From assembly GCF_009914755.1 (NCBI RefSeq), contig NC_060925.1: 64,000 bases of DNA; one strand, given 5' to 3'. The notes below the pieces were generated by a model that saw only the letters and a program-made list of their open reading frames with translations, ran no database searches and was not told the DNA's origin. A program made the position numbers and the translations under genes. Source of the stretch: the human T2T-CHM13v2.0 reference genome, Homo sapiens. How positions within the stretch are numbered: the first letter of the stretch is position 1; every line of letters starts with the position of its first letter. Positions 13,714 to 28,924 of the stretch are shown one piece after another.

Positions 13714-14624
13714 TAAGTCAAGGATTTGAGCAGAGATGATTCTCAGTCACTGTCTGGTTTGGTGCTTCTATTAATTCCTCTCTAATTTTAAACAGCTCTG
13801 CTGGCTTTGTTCTCTATATAATGATATTCCAAATCCACCCAGATTCAGCTTTCTGCCATTTGTGCTGTGCACAGCCAAGAAATGCATTCAGTTAAGAAAA
13901 GTTTCCCACTCAAATCTGTATACCAATATTTTTTAAAGTGGATTTCTCTTTAGTATCTGCTTGCTTTTTCATTAAGCCTCCTCTCTGTACATATGTAGCT
14001 CAGTAGTGAACCATGAATTTACACAGCTTATGTTCTGAATTTGTGTCTTACTTTTTCTGGGGATTTTATGCTGTCAGGATTTTCCTTTAAATTTCTGGCT
14101 ACTTACCTAGTCCCATATTGATCTCAGCATCATTAGCTGGTAAGGCTGCAGTTTATTTTCACCACCATTTTCCACAGCCATATCTGTGATAACTGATCAT
14201 CATTCTTGGCCCATAATCTGCAAATTGACAATTTAAAACCGTTGCAATTGCAAGTGTTCAAAGCCATTCCAGTTGCAGGCTTCTGTTTGCTTTTCAATGG
14301 TTTTCAGTGTCTTTTCAGTCCAGCATTTTACAGTTGTTATCTGCAACTACTTTACTTCTCTGCCATTAATTACAATCTTTTTTGACCTATCATTTACCAC
14401 ACATCTAATAATGACAAAATATGTACTAATAAGTTACATTAAATAACTAGCTTATTCAGCACAACAATTCTATTAGATTTCTGTTAAGATTGAGCTCAAA
14501 CAAGTTAACTAACATACTCAACATCATTAACTAAAAAATTCTAGGACTAGGAATTAAATACAGGATTAGGAATTAAATCTCTCTGCCTCCAGCATTATTC
14601 AGTAATACATTTGCTATAATCAAA

Positions 14625-14855
14625 TAATAATAACAGTTAATCTTTAATGCCCTCTTGCTATGTACCAGGCATGGTACTCAAAAATTTAGACTTAATTCTA
14701 ATTAATACATTTAGTCCTCACAGTAAGCCTATGAAATGGGTACTCTTATCAACTGTTTTATAGATGAGAAAACATTAGCCACAGCTTAGCTTATTTGAAG
14801 TCACAATAATATTAACTAAGTAAGAGCAAAAGCCAAGATTCAAATGTAGATTATT
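14625..14855 (-). mobile_element. MIR
   Basis: tatgtaccaggcatggt...catttagtcctcacagtaagcctatga...ttttatagatgagaaaac. Confidence 0.75.
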
Positions 14856-17180
14856 TTACTACAGACTGAGAAACGAATTAAACTAGGAGCCTAAGATACT
14901 TTCTGGAATTGAAATGATACATTATATATACCTATAAAGATAATTGACTATAGCTTCCTAAACTACAAATTGTCATAAAAATGACTTCTGTCCTATATCA
15001 ATTAGAAACTGGTATTAAAATTGAGTATTATAAGACAATAGAATGTCTAGAGCTTTTAATACATTGATATCAATATCAATTGATAGACTTCAAAAGCTTC
15101 ATAATTCATTTATTCAAATAAATAGACTTTAAAACATTGGCTAAACAGTGACTTTTTAAAATCTATAACAGGTGGAGCTCTTTAAAAAATAATTTTTGTT
15201 TTATATCCAAGTGATTACTTTTATAACAGCTGAAAATTATTTCCTTAATAAGCTATGTACCAAAAATATTAATAATTTAAATGTTGCTTTTGTATACAGT
15301 CCTTCCAAACACACAAGCACCATTACCAAAATCAACATTACCACTTTACTATTTTTATTGCTTGTTTACCAGAATTTCACACACTGGTTTTCCAATTAGA
15401 TACCTAAATTCTATTGTTAATCCTGAGTCATTCTACAAATGAAGATAAAATTGAGAGAATGATTATTGTCATGTAACTTAACAAATGTTTTTTAAGTAAA
15501 CTTAGTAAAAGCAGTTACTTTTGAGAAAGCCAATTTTAGGCAATAAACCTACATAGAATCAACTTGTGGAAGATGCAGTGATCTATACAAATCGAGAACT
15601 AGGGAAATGAAAACTATCTTAAGGTGATTGCTAAATTTAGATCTCCTAGAGTAGACTCTTTAAGTGAGTTGGAAACTCCCATAGGTAAGTTTATCTGTTT
15701 CGGGTAACTATTTTCCTAATGCAAACGTAGCTACAGTTTTCATCCATGGATTCCACAAAATGATATAATCACCTTTTCCTTTGTTCCACCAAAGCCCACA
15801 AGGCTGATGATGGTCAGATAACTTATTTCTATAATTACCATATGCTTTGACTTCCAATAAGAAAATAACTGAGAAAACCAGGGAATAAATACAAAGAAGT
15901 GTTACACCTGGGGAAAGTATTAGTTAAGCTTCTTGGCCCAGTAGGCTTTAACAAAAAAAAAAAAAAAAAAAAATCAAAGCAAGCAATCCTCCAAAGAAAT
16001 CCACTCTAGTTATTCCTTACTGCAAGTAAATCCAAATCAAATTAACAAGGGCATTGACTCTAAATAAGGTAGCTCTATCTTAAAGTAACTAATATTTTGC
16101 GATGTGATGTATAAAAGACAATACAATAGACAAGACCTCTTTAAATTGTGAGTTGGCTGAAATTGGACTATTTCCATTTCATTTCCTGAAACACAACATA
16201 CGTTTCATTATTGCAAGTAATTTCTTTAAAAACATCTAGCTACACATTAAAAAATTTATAAGCACTTCAGGGTATTTTTCTCAGCCACTGAAAAATATCT
16301 AATTAAATATTGTCATGTACAACATTCATAAAAGAAACATGAAAATAGTCCCTCAAGCCAATTATGTTCCCTTCCCTAGAACGTTTTACTCTCAGAAAGT
16401 TCTCAACTCATCTGCACCAGGCCATAGTTGTTGATATCGCTAAAATAGACAGTATTACTAATTGTCTCTCAGTAATAGACTCTTTAAAGTTGAAAGTCCT
16501 TCTAGATACAAAGAAAGAAATCATACTGAGAAATGTAGACACAATGAAAAAACAATGAGTGAGCTACCTTTTCCGAGCAGAGAGCATTTATTTCTCAGTA
16601 TCTTCTTTAATCACACTATGTGGGTGACCCTCTAATTTATCAGTTCATTAACCTGGCCAATGAACTGGCCAGGACCTACTAGTCCTGAATGAATAGGACC
16701 TACCGGTAAAGACTAATTTTGCATTGGGCCTGTTTGTCACTGTACTCGTACTCAAGGAAGAAGAGCTCAAGAGCTTTGACTGTTTCTGAGACATAAGAGG
16801 AAAAGGAAGAGCAGAGAAGCAGTTGATAGTTGAAATGGGATATTGGAATGTACTGCAAAAACAGGATAAACTCTTAAATTTGAATTACAATATCTCACGT
16901 ATAAAACTTCCTGTAATGTTCAACTAAGCAAAAGTCACATTAGGCATAATGTCACCAGCATGTTACCAGATGCTCAAGTTTTTTTCTCATCACATTTCAA
17001 GGGATTTTATAATGAAAATGTTTCATTGTTTAACATACAAATCAGTAGGGAATCCTGTTAGTTTGCCTCATAGAAATATATAGGATTACTTCATAGAAAT
17101 ATATTTTATAGACAACTCCATCATAACAAACTATTCTACCAAATAAGTGATACCTTTTCTACTGTATACTACACATACTT

Positions 17181-17610
<430 letters not shown>

Positions 17611-19699
17611 TAGGTAAAGAAATGAGAGTATACTCTTAGCATGAAGTACATACAAGTACCATATGAGGTCTAAAATCAACTTTTTCCTTCCGCTCACTTG
17701 CTGGGTCTCCTGACTTTGATCAGCATTTAAGTGAGTAGGATACCACCTAAGTGAGTAGGATACACACAAGATATCTGAGAATGAATGATCTTCCCTGTAA
17801 CTGCTTTGAATCCCTGGAATATACCCTCTTACTCAGTAGAAAACAGTTTTAGTGTGTTTCTTTAATTGTTTTTCAAGCTTTTCATTTGTTTTCTCTATCA
17901 AATGAGGGGCAAACTCAAGGTTCTTTTCACTTTATTTCTCACCAAATATGACAAAGTTACTCATATCAAAGCTAAAAAGTAATATTCTCCCATTCATCAC
18001 AGCCATTTAAGAGTAACACACTTTGTTGAATTATCCTAAGATGAAATTTCAAAGACAAAGGTCATGCAATTTCAACTGTGGTAAATACATTTAGCAAAAA
18101 CTCTTGGAATACTTGTCTATAACAAAGAATAATTTCAGAAGAACATGAGTTTAATTATCATGTATATCACTCAAGTACAAAGACTCAAAAATATATTGAT
18201 AATCTGAAAGGTTTTTCTATATAAGTTTAAAAATAGCTACTCATAATATCATACAATTTCTATTCCCAGTAAGCATGTTCTGTAAAAATAAAATATTCAT
18301 GGAACGTCTGTGTCTCCTCTTTGTTTAAAAGAAGTTAGAATAGATGTAAGACACATTATTTAAAAATATTGTTTAAAAGAGGAGAGCATATGAATATGAA
18401 CATTTTTCAGATTTCATTTTATTCATAAATTCTTGAATATTTGACTTATCTGAATGTCTTCCCAAGGGAATCAGGTGGTATTACCATAATCAAGTAAGGA
18501 TTTCTCAATAAGTAATCCCAGCAGGAGAGCTAACAGTCAAGATTTCCTATCTGGTGGTGAAATGGAGAGAGTTAGGGATGTGAATCAGAGATGAAGTTCT
18601 GAGCTGAATCACCCCCAGTGAATATAAATGAGGCCTCCATCTGGGATTTTAGAGTATATTATTTCCTTCACTACCATGGGTTTACAGTTTAACTCATATC
18701 CAGCCAGATGTATTTAATTCATATCCAACTAGGTGACAGGCTAGTTTTTACTTCTATAATTATTAACAATGATATATACAGCCTAGAATTAATCCAACAG
18801 GAAGCTCTGGCATTTGAGTAGAGTTAGTAGTCCATGTGCATTACTGATGTATCCACAAATAATATACTACCATCAGCTTAAGGGCCAGAAAGCATTTTCA
18901 ACACAAATTGTTATATATGTCTTTAAGAGTCTTTAATGTTTTAATTCTAGAGTGGAACGTAAGCATATTTGCCTATGCATGAATAATCTTCCCATTATAG
19001 CCTTTAGATACTGATTCTTCACACACGAAGACACCCCAATAGCCTAAAACAGGCATTCAATATGGAAATGTTTTTTAGCAGAAGTTCTGCCTACCCACCC
19101 AATTAATAACCAATTCACCCCAAAGTGAATCAGAAATAGACTTAGGAGGGAAGAATATTTTATCTGCCAAAGCAATGCAATGTGCTTTTGTTTACACCTT
19201 TTTGTTGATAGTTACCATGCAACACAAGAGGCCACAGCAGCCCCTGAGGAAATAAGATGAGATTAATCATATGTGATGAAATGCTGACACTATATTACAT
19301 AATATTTCAGTGCTACCATAGATACACCCATTTTAGCTTCAGATGAATAAAACGTTTTGCTCCATATTTATAATGATAAGTAGTAAGACGTTTTAAAGGG
19401 ATTCTATAAGAATGGTATCAAGGTTTTATTGGCAAAGGTCATTAAAAATTGTTATATACACAGCCATTCTACTCAACTTTGCTATCTTTGGTACAGATGG
19501 ACTTCTGTGGTTTTAGGTCTTATTCATTCATTTATTCTTTAAAAAAAATTATTGATCTATGACAATGTAAACATACTTTGCACTGAATAGGATTTTGCCT
19601 AAGGTTTATCCTATACTAAGTCTATCTTATGATTACATTAATAAAGTTTCCCAGAGTTGAGGATGTTTCAGTGTTTCCAGGGTAAAAAATTTGGTAACA

Positions 19700-20102
<403 letters not shown>

Positions 20103-20379
20103 CTAAAAAAGGTAAAGAAACAAATTATAAATCTATGTAGAAGTACACTGATATGTGATTTTCCTTCTTTAATGAACAAATACTTATTGAGATTCAACCA
20201 AATGCAGAGCACTATGTTAGAAGCCATGTGCAGGAGACGGGCAGTGTCAGGGAGGTTGGAGAATATAAATCGCAATCCTCCAAAATTCAAAAGGACTTAA
20301 AATCTAGAGGAGGAAAATATTAAAATGGAAGAAAGGTTAGCTCCTAATTTAAGGTAACATTATTTAATAAATAAGAATA

Positions 20380-20560
20380 TGCACTTCAATCTAGGTTTCA
20401 CCAGTTTAAGATGGTGGCCTACATTTAAATTATTTAAGATGTTTCCTAATCAAAATTAGGATAACAATGGTACCTTTTTCTCATGAGGTTTGAGGATTAA
20501 ATGAGGAAATAATCTTAGCACAATGCTTGGACTTAGCATTCAGGAAATGTCTATTGTTAT
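20380..20560 (+). mobile_element. MIR fragment
   Basis: ggataacaatggtacct...tgaggattaaatgag...cttagcacaatgcttgg. Confidence 0.6.
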
Positions 20561-21749
20561 TTGATTCCAAATGAGTAATACATACAAGAGGAGAAGAACT
20601 TGGAAATGGAGTAGAGGTAGAGGTAGTACACAGCAGAACAAAAGAAACATCAAGCATGGGGAAGGACTTCAATGGGAGCTTGAAAGACAGGATATAAATA
20701 GGCAAAGATAAACAGGGTAGTACTACAGTCTGTTGGAGAGGAGTAACAGAGGACAGACACAAATGTCATGTTTGCTGAACCAATCTAAGTAGAATAGAAG
20801 GTGTGGGTTGCAGTTTACTAGGATGTAATATTGTAAACAAGAGTGGAGGCCAAATTGAGGCACTTTGAATAAAAAGGCTAAATGATCTGCACTTCACAGG
20901 TAATAGGGAGTAAATTGGTTGCTGGTTTTGCATATTAATCAAAAATATTCATGTTCAGAGACTGTCAAAGAAATATAAATAAATAGTCCTACTGATTTAT
21001 AGAATCTAGTTTTTGGCACCATGCTTTCAAAAATAAAATCTAAGATATTAAGGGAAAGAATTGACCCTTTTAGAAACATGTTTAGATTTTATAAGCCATG
21101 CATCATAGTTATATATCTGCATCTTCATGTTCCATTTTCAGATAAATATATAGGCTCTTTGACTTTCAATGCAAAAGTTAATAGCTAATCTATTTTTAAC
21201 TAGGATAGCAAGCATGCTTGGCCTACTGAGTTCTGTAAGTAGAGAAGAATAACACAACAGTAAACAGAAATTACTTTATGAGTCAACTGTGCATCTAGTC
21301 TTGAAGAAAATGTCTTCAGTGTTACATCACTCCAATTAATTCTTCAGATCTCATTAATTAGATAAGCATGCCAAATTAAGTTTCATAATACTTAGGCCGA
21401 TTTTAGGGCATGCCAAAGATTCTTATGTATGTTATGACTTCTGAAATATTAAAAATTTTTAAATGGAATTTTCTAGATTTAAAATTATAAAATTCTTTAA
21501 AGTTTCAAAGTCAACACAGACTTATATGTACTTCATTTCAAATTTTAAAATAGTTTTGTCTGTGATTAAAAATATTTAACTGAAGTCAACCTGATGAATT
21601 AAATAGGACTCATAAGATTCAAATGTATGATAATAACATAAACTACACCTTAGGAGGGCATGGGAACTGAGGGATCCATATATTAATAGCGATGCCTACA
21701 GACAAACTGCTTTAACTGCTAGGGGAAAAAAATGAATTGCTGACTCTAA

Positions 21750-22184
<435 letters not shown>

Positions 22185-22428
22185 AATAAAGGAACTTTAT
22201 CCCTATCCCCGATCAGGTATGACATAAAAGACAATCACCAATTAGGTGCTGACTCATGCACCTTAATAAACAGCTGAAAGATGTGTATAGGAAGGACCTC
22301 TCTTCCTATTCAGTTCAGTTCTGCAAACATATACTCAAAATCCAAGGGCAGTAAATAAAGCACTCCACGTGGTAGTAGCTGCAGACTTCAGCATGGCTGT
22401 CCAAACACAGTGACCTGCTGCAATCAAC

Positions 22429-23456
22429 TGCAGCCTACCATGCCCGAGCCCCCCAACCAATGGGCTCCCTTGCAGCCCGAGCCTCCCCGACGGCCACTGC
22501 CCCCTGCTCCCTGGCACCTGGTCCCATCCACCGCCCAAGAGCTGAGGTGTGCAGGCACGTGGCAAGAGACTGGCGGGCAGCTCCGCCGCAGCCCTGGGGC
22601 GGGATGCACTAGGCAAAGCCAGCTGGGCTCCTGGTGGGGTGGGGTCTTGGAGAACTTTTCTGTCTACTGGAGGATTGTAAATGCACCAATCAGCACTCTG
22701 TCTAGCTCAAGGTTTGTAAATGCACCAATCAGCGCTCTGTGTCTAGGTCAAGATTTGTAAACACACCAATCAGTGCTCTGTGTCTAGCTAATCTAGTGGG
22801 GATTTGGAGACCTTTTATGTCTAGCTAGAGGATTGTAAATGCACCAATCAGCACTCTGTGTCTAGCTCAGGGATTGTAAACTCACCAATCAGCAGCCTGT
22901 CAAAACAGACCAATCAGCTCTCTGTAAAATGGGCCAATCAGCTCTCTGTAAAATGGGCCAATCAGCTCTCTGTAAAATGGACCAATCGGGAGGATGTGGG
23001 TGGGGCCAGATAAGGGAATAAAAGCAGGCTGCCTGAGCCAGGAGAGGCAACCCACTGGGGTCCTGTTCCATACTGTGGCAGATTTATTCTTTCACTTTTT
23101 GCATTAAATCTTGCTGTTGCTCACTCTTTGGGTTCGTGCCGCCTTTGTGAGCTGTAACAGTCACCACAAAGGTCTGCAGCTTCACTCCTGAAGCCAGCGA
23201 GACCATGAACCCACTGGGAGAGGCAAACGACTCTGGATGGGAGGAATGAACAGCTGCAGACTTGCTGCTTTTAATAGCTGTGACACCGCAAATGCAAAGG
23301 TCTGCAGCCTCACTCCTGAAGTCAGTGAGACCAAAAACCCACCAGAAGGAAGAAACTCCAGACACACCATCTTTAAGAACTGTAACACTCACCGTAAAGG
23401 TCCGCAGCTTTATTCTTGAAGTCAGTAAGACCAAGAACCCACCCATTCCGGACACA
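22429..23456 (+). mobile_element. LTR12 (ERV9) solo LTR lacking most of the 5' U3
   Basis: Tandem gtaaatgcaccaatcagc and ccaatcagctctctgtaaaatg repeats, agataagggaataaaagcaggctgc, U5 repeats gcagcttcactcctgaag, end ccggacaca; caac on both sides (22425-22428, 23457-23460). Confidence 0.95.
22680..23025 (+). promoter_or_regulatory. LTR12 promoter/enhancer core: 9 CCAAT (NF-Y) boxes, GT box, GATA, AATAAA TATA-like box
   Basis: CCAAT counted 9 times between ~22686 and ~22986; gggtggggc, agataag (23008), aataaaa (23017); matches known ERV9 LTR promoter architecture; activity not shown. Confidence 0.7.
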
Positions 23457-24052
23457 CAACCATGAGAAAAGGATGGAGTTATGACTGATAGAAAAGGAAT
23501 TGCTCATCTCTGCAAAGTAATTTTAGTTCATCTTTGTCTCGATGGTCATAATCTCAATAAATCTCTGGCAGGTATTATGCGTGAATAGATGGCACTACAT
23601 GACAAAAGTTGAGTACCACTGATTGGCGAAGTAGGAAATACTCCATAATTCTCCTGTGTGCACAGCAACTACTGTTCCCAAAAGTCTCTCCACTGGCCCA
23701 GGAGTATGCTCTCTAATTCAGTAGCACAGAAATTTTGCAAGTGGTTTGACTGAATAGCTGTAACCTGGCAGGGGTCACCCCAGTATCCCTAGTCGTATGG
23801 TAGTTGAAACCATATAAAATACCGTTTGATTTTTAAATTTCAAGAATGTAATGACAATGTCTTATAATCCATTGTAACATTCAACACAATCTTTAATGTG
23901 GAATGTTTACTGAATAAAAAAATGAAAAATGAAAGACTGGGGAAGGTAGGACTTATTGGCAATAGTTAGACTAACTAAATTGTGAATTGTACACTGGGTT
24001 GGCATCAGGATCTTTTATGCGACTGAAATCTTCCAAAGTAGCTAATGGGTAA

Positions 24053-24568
<516 letters not shown>

Positions 24569-25557
24569 GGTTTATCACTGTAATCTTAACACATAGGTAC
24601 TAGCTTTTAGTAAGTGCTTAGTAAACATTTACAGAATGAATGAATGCAGGGTTATGACATTTAGAAAAACTATTCAAGGAAAAAGGGGCAAATTTATAGA
24701 AAGATTCAATAGTGAACAATTTATTCACCCCAAGATTCATATAAAATTGCCTTTAAAAACTACAAAGATATAAACAAAAATATTCTCAAAACGCATTTGT
24801 AGAAATTTTATTTTACTTTAGTAATATGATATTCATTGGGTTGTGAGTCTAAGTACGGAAAATAAATGATTCGTTTTTAGAAGCAGCTATTCTGTTGTGT
24901 TCACGTAGACTGAAAATCTGGGATGTATCTGCAAACTCATTTATGCTCATAGCTTGAGATTGAGCATGCATTATTTGTTCTTTTAGAGAGTTTCGTTTCT
25001 TTGATGACTGGCTACAGCAGTTTAAATGATTCTTTCCTCAAGTTCCTGATACTGCTTTGTTCCACCTTTACATTTCCCTTGTACTACTCAAAATTAATCT
25101 TCATGTTATAGGTTACAGGATGTTTTCCCCAACTCAGGGCATTGTACTTATGTTTCACTTAAATGTAGGTATTCTTGTTTCAAGGTTGCTAAAATGCAGA
25201 AACTTCCTAGAAGCTATTCAGTGGCGTTTCTTAATTAGAACAATATATACCGGTTCTTGTGGACAAAGAACTGTATAATGTTTGATGACTTAAATTTTAT
25301 TGAATATATAAAGCAACTTATCAAAGGAGAAACAGTTTCTCACTGAAGACAGACAAATGTCTTTCACAGTGAGCTACCCAACCAAAAATCCTTTTTCAGC
25401 ATAGGCTCTTGGATGTTTTCATTTACTTGATAATAGAATTTTATAAATAATGCAAAGTGGTTCCAAAAGTTTAATTGAATTTATGTATACAAAAGTTTAC
25501 CGTATAGGACCAATATTGTTCATAATTTAACTTTGATAAAGTTTATTGAAAACATTA

Positions 25558-26134
25558 GGCCAGGTGCAGCAGCTCATGCTTGCAATCTCACTGCTTCATG
25601 AGGCTGAGGTAGGAGGATTGCTTGAGGCCAGGATTACAAGACCAGCCTGGGCAACATAGTGAGACTTCTCAGCAGACTATCGCAAGGACAAAGAACCAAA
25701 CACCGCATGTTCTCACTCATAGGTGGGAATTGAACAATGAGACCACATGGACACGGGAAGGGGAACATCACACACCGGGACCTGTTGTGGGGTGGGGGGA
25801 GGGGGGAGGGATAGCATTTGGAGATATACCTAATGTTCAGTGACGGGTTACTGGGTGCAGCACACCTGGGTGCAGCACACCAACATGGCACATGTATACA
25901 TATGTAACTAACCTGCACGTTGTGCACGTGTACTCTAAAACTTAAAGTATAATAAAAAAAAAAAGAAAAAAAAATTAGCCAGGCTTGGCAGCACATACCT
26001 GTAGTCCTAGCTATTTGGGAGGCTGACGTGGAAGATCCCAAGCCCAGGAGTTGGAGGTTATGTTAGCTAGGATTGCACGACTGCATTCCATCCTGGGTAG
26101 CAGAGCGAGACCATGTCACCCAAAAAAAAAAAAA
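25558..26134 (+). mobile_element. AluJ split between its arms by an L1PA fragment
   Basis: Left arm 25558-25665 (ends gggcaacatagtgagac); right arm restarts at ttagcc 25975 and runs to the A-tail. Confidence 0.9.
25666..25974 (+). mobile_element. Young L1PA 3' end (5'-truncated, ~300 bp)
   Basis: ctatcgcaaggaca...caccgcatgttctcactcataggtgggaattgaacaatgag...G-rich tract...taaaacttaaagtataataaaaaa. Confidence 0.95.
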
Positions 26135-27339
26135 GTTTAATACTTTTGAGGCCTAGTGGCAGGTAGAAAGAAATGAGTTCTATTAGAGAATATCTCATTT
26201 GTGACTCAAGGTTTCTTTTATAAGTCATATTAACTTTTACTTTGATTTCAGCAATTTCATGCAAGAGAACATGTAAACCATGGACTTAGGTCTATAGTCT
26301 GGTCATATGTTCCAAAAACATAAGGATATTCCTAGGATTGATGCACTCATTTCAAAAAGTAAAATTCTAGGAATTTAAAGATTCGTTTTCCTTTCTTCCT
26401 TCAAAGATGGGTATCTGAGAATTCAGACAGCTTCTAGTTCAAGAAATATACCTGCAAAACATTGAAGGTAATTGACACTCAAAACTTTCCATCATCTTTG
26501 AAACTGTGGCTTTGTTTTCATTGGAAACTGTTGAATTTTTCTAAAATCTTTTGTTCCATTGGAGGTAGAACATTCAAGTGATGAGAGAAAATTCAACTTT
26601 CTAGTAGCTCCTAGTCAATCCATACACCTAGTGTCAGCCTGAATACCTGCATTTCTTTGAACAAATTAGTTGTTTTTTTCTCTGTTGCTTAAAGTTCAGT
26701 ATGCTCAGATCTTTGGTCACATTAATATGAAGTACTATTTAGGAACCACTCATATCCATCAAATTGGCTCTCTCAAAATCCTTTGACAAAAAAAAAGGAC
26801 TTGATCTGAAAAAGGAGCTTAATGAATATCTTTAATAAGGAGATAAGAACAAAGAGATTTTCACACCTGATCAGTTTCTTCATCCACATTACTAATGTGG
26901 CTTGCAATGTTTACTGCATACATTCTGTTAATGCATAAGGCAATGGAAATTATGCACAAAAATAATTGTCCTTAGGTAAATGATTGAAATATTATTTTCT
27001 TTTCATTGTGAGTGTTCTATCTTTAGGAAATGAACTCAGTTTTTATTGCTTTCAAGGTGATGATTTTACTCATGGTTACAATGTTAGAAAGTTACATTTA
27101 TAAAAAGTTTCAGGGCTACATACTTAAGATTTGAAATGTTTATTGTGTGTTAATTATAACTCAGTAAGAAAAAGAATATGTTCAAATCCTACAGCAGCCA
27201 GATCTTTGCAAAATTAATATGGGTCTCAGTTTTTACATATATAAAATAGCGATTATAATGCTACATGCATCTCTTGGTTACACAATTTATATAACCATAG
27301 GAGGAGATATTTTCTATACAATAAAAATTATGTTAACAC

Positions 27340-27945
27340 TAAAGCAGCTCCATTGTCTGGGTATATACCCTGGGGTTCATTATCATGCGCCAGTAAAATT
27401 TAGGACACGGACACACACGAGGAGTTTAGGAGCAGAGGTTTAACAGGCAGAAGAGGAAGAGAAATAGCTCTCTCTATAGAAAGAGGGGTCTCCAAGTGGA
27501 AAGGACCAGCAGGTGGTGGATGCACCCGAATTTTATAGTCAGGTTTGAGGAAGTGGTGTCTGATTTACATAGGACTCACAGATTGGTTTGATGAGGTATG
27601 ACGTTAACATAGCATGAGGAAGGCTGGCCACCCACCCTAATCTTATTATGCAAATGGGCTTTTCAGTTGATCTGCACCATCTTGTCTGCTTCTTACTGTA
27701 TATGTAGCTGACAAAGAGAAGGGAAGATGGAGCCACCATCTTGAACATGTCTAGTCCTTAGTTTCTGCCTGGCATTCACCTGTGAAAGCTCCCAGCTTGC
27801 TTGTCTTGTGTCTGCAGCCCGACTTTACGGGCTGCTCTTTGTTAGAAAATGATTTTGAGCTGCTTTCATTAAAAAGGAAAGCCTTATCGAGGACTCCCAT
27901 ACCCTTACTATCTGCCTAAGTGATTTCTTCTTAACTCCTATATCA
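27340..27945 (-). mobile_element. LTR9-family ERV1 solo LTR
   Basis: Minus strand starts tgatataggagttaagaagaaatcacttaggcagatagt; 606 bp; TSD acac at 27336-27339 and 27946-27949. Confidence 0.88.
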
Positions 27946-28924
27946 ACACTAGGTACCACTGAACTTAAGAAAGTTTATATACATTTTTATTATTTTCAAT
28001 TGCTTGGAAATCTCTGCATAGTTACCATCTTCTTCCTGCTTCCTTTGTCCTGGCTGTGGTAATGCGTATTGCTGCAAACCTCTTCAACACCTATTCAGCT
28101 AAGTAGAGCTTGGTCTGGCACCTGTAGTACTCTTGAGACTTGAGGCTGCTCTGCTGTGAGGCTGAGGCCAGAGTCTGAATGCTGGGCAGGCCACCAGGAA
28201 CCGTTTTGTCTGCCTTTTCAGAAAACAAGCATTGACTTTCTGAGCCCACTTGAATTTCAATATAGACTTGTAATAGAAAACCCTTTTTGCCCAAGGGTTG
28301 TGTCCTAAATGGTACCTCAGGTCTTTTCATCTTGTATTCTCAAAAAAGAAAAAGAAGAAAACCTAAGTAAGTTGGAAGGCTCCCCTGGTGACAGAGCTTT
28401 AGCTTTCTCTTCTTCCTTTAATTTTGAAACTGGAAACTATTTTGAAAACAAGTTTGTGCTGAATGCTAATGATTATGTTTTACTCTAATATTAAGATTTG
28501 TAGTAACATTCTGATGACTAGTATTAATGACTTTCTTTTCTTAAAAAACAAGTCCTAATTCACTCTGCACAATTTAAAACAATGATTTACATGTAGTAGA
28601 ACAAGTTTTAAAGAGACATATGCAATTATTTCTTCACAGAGTGTTAACATTTTAAACCTAGTCAGTTTGTAAGATAAGCCTCTCTCAAGTACTTTCTTTT
28701 GAGCAAGATAAATGCACCTTATAGAAAAACTTCTATAAAGTTTTCTATAAACTTTATAGAAAGCTTCTCCATTGGAAGCTTTAACAATATTTTCCAAATG
28801 GTTTTACTAATCATCAGTTTAATTTTATGGACTGGCCATTTATGGGACATTGCCAGACACCGTTAGAGTTTTCAGCAAATTACAGTGATTTCATCTTAAA
28901 GCTGAAGTCAGAGAGCCAATAATC

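Noticed and set aside
15953-15973. Isolated ~20-nt poly(A) as a processed-pseudogene tail
   Set aside because: No TSD, ORF or recognisable mRNA upstream
17728-17763. Small tandem duplications (also 9012-9060, 17069-17104, 18688-18736, 52451-52476)
   Set aside because: Real but commonplace slippage products with no sign of function
22680-22990. Regularly spaced ~40-bp and 24-bp repeats resembling a CRISPR-like array
   Set aside because: Known LTR12 U3 tandem repeats with no unique spacers; eukaryotic context with no cas genes
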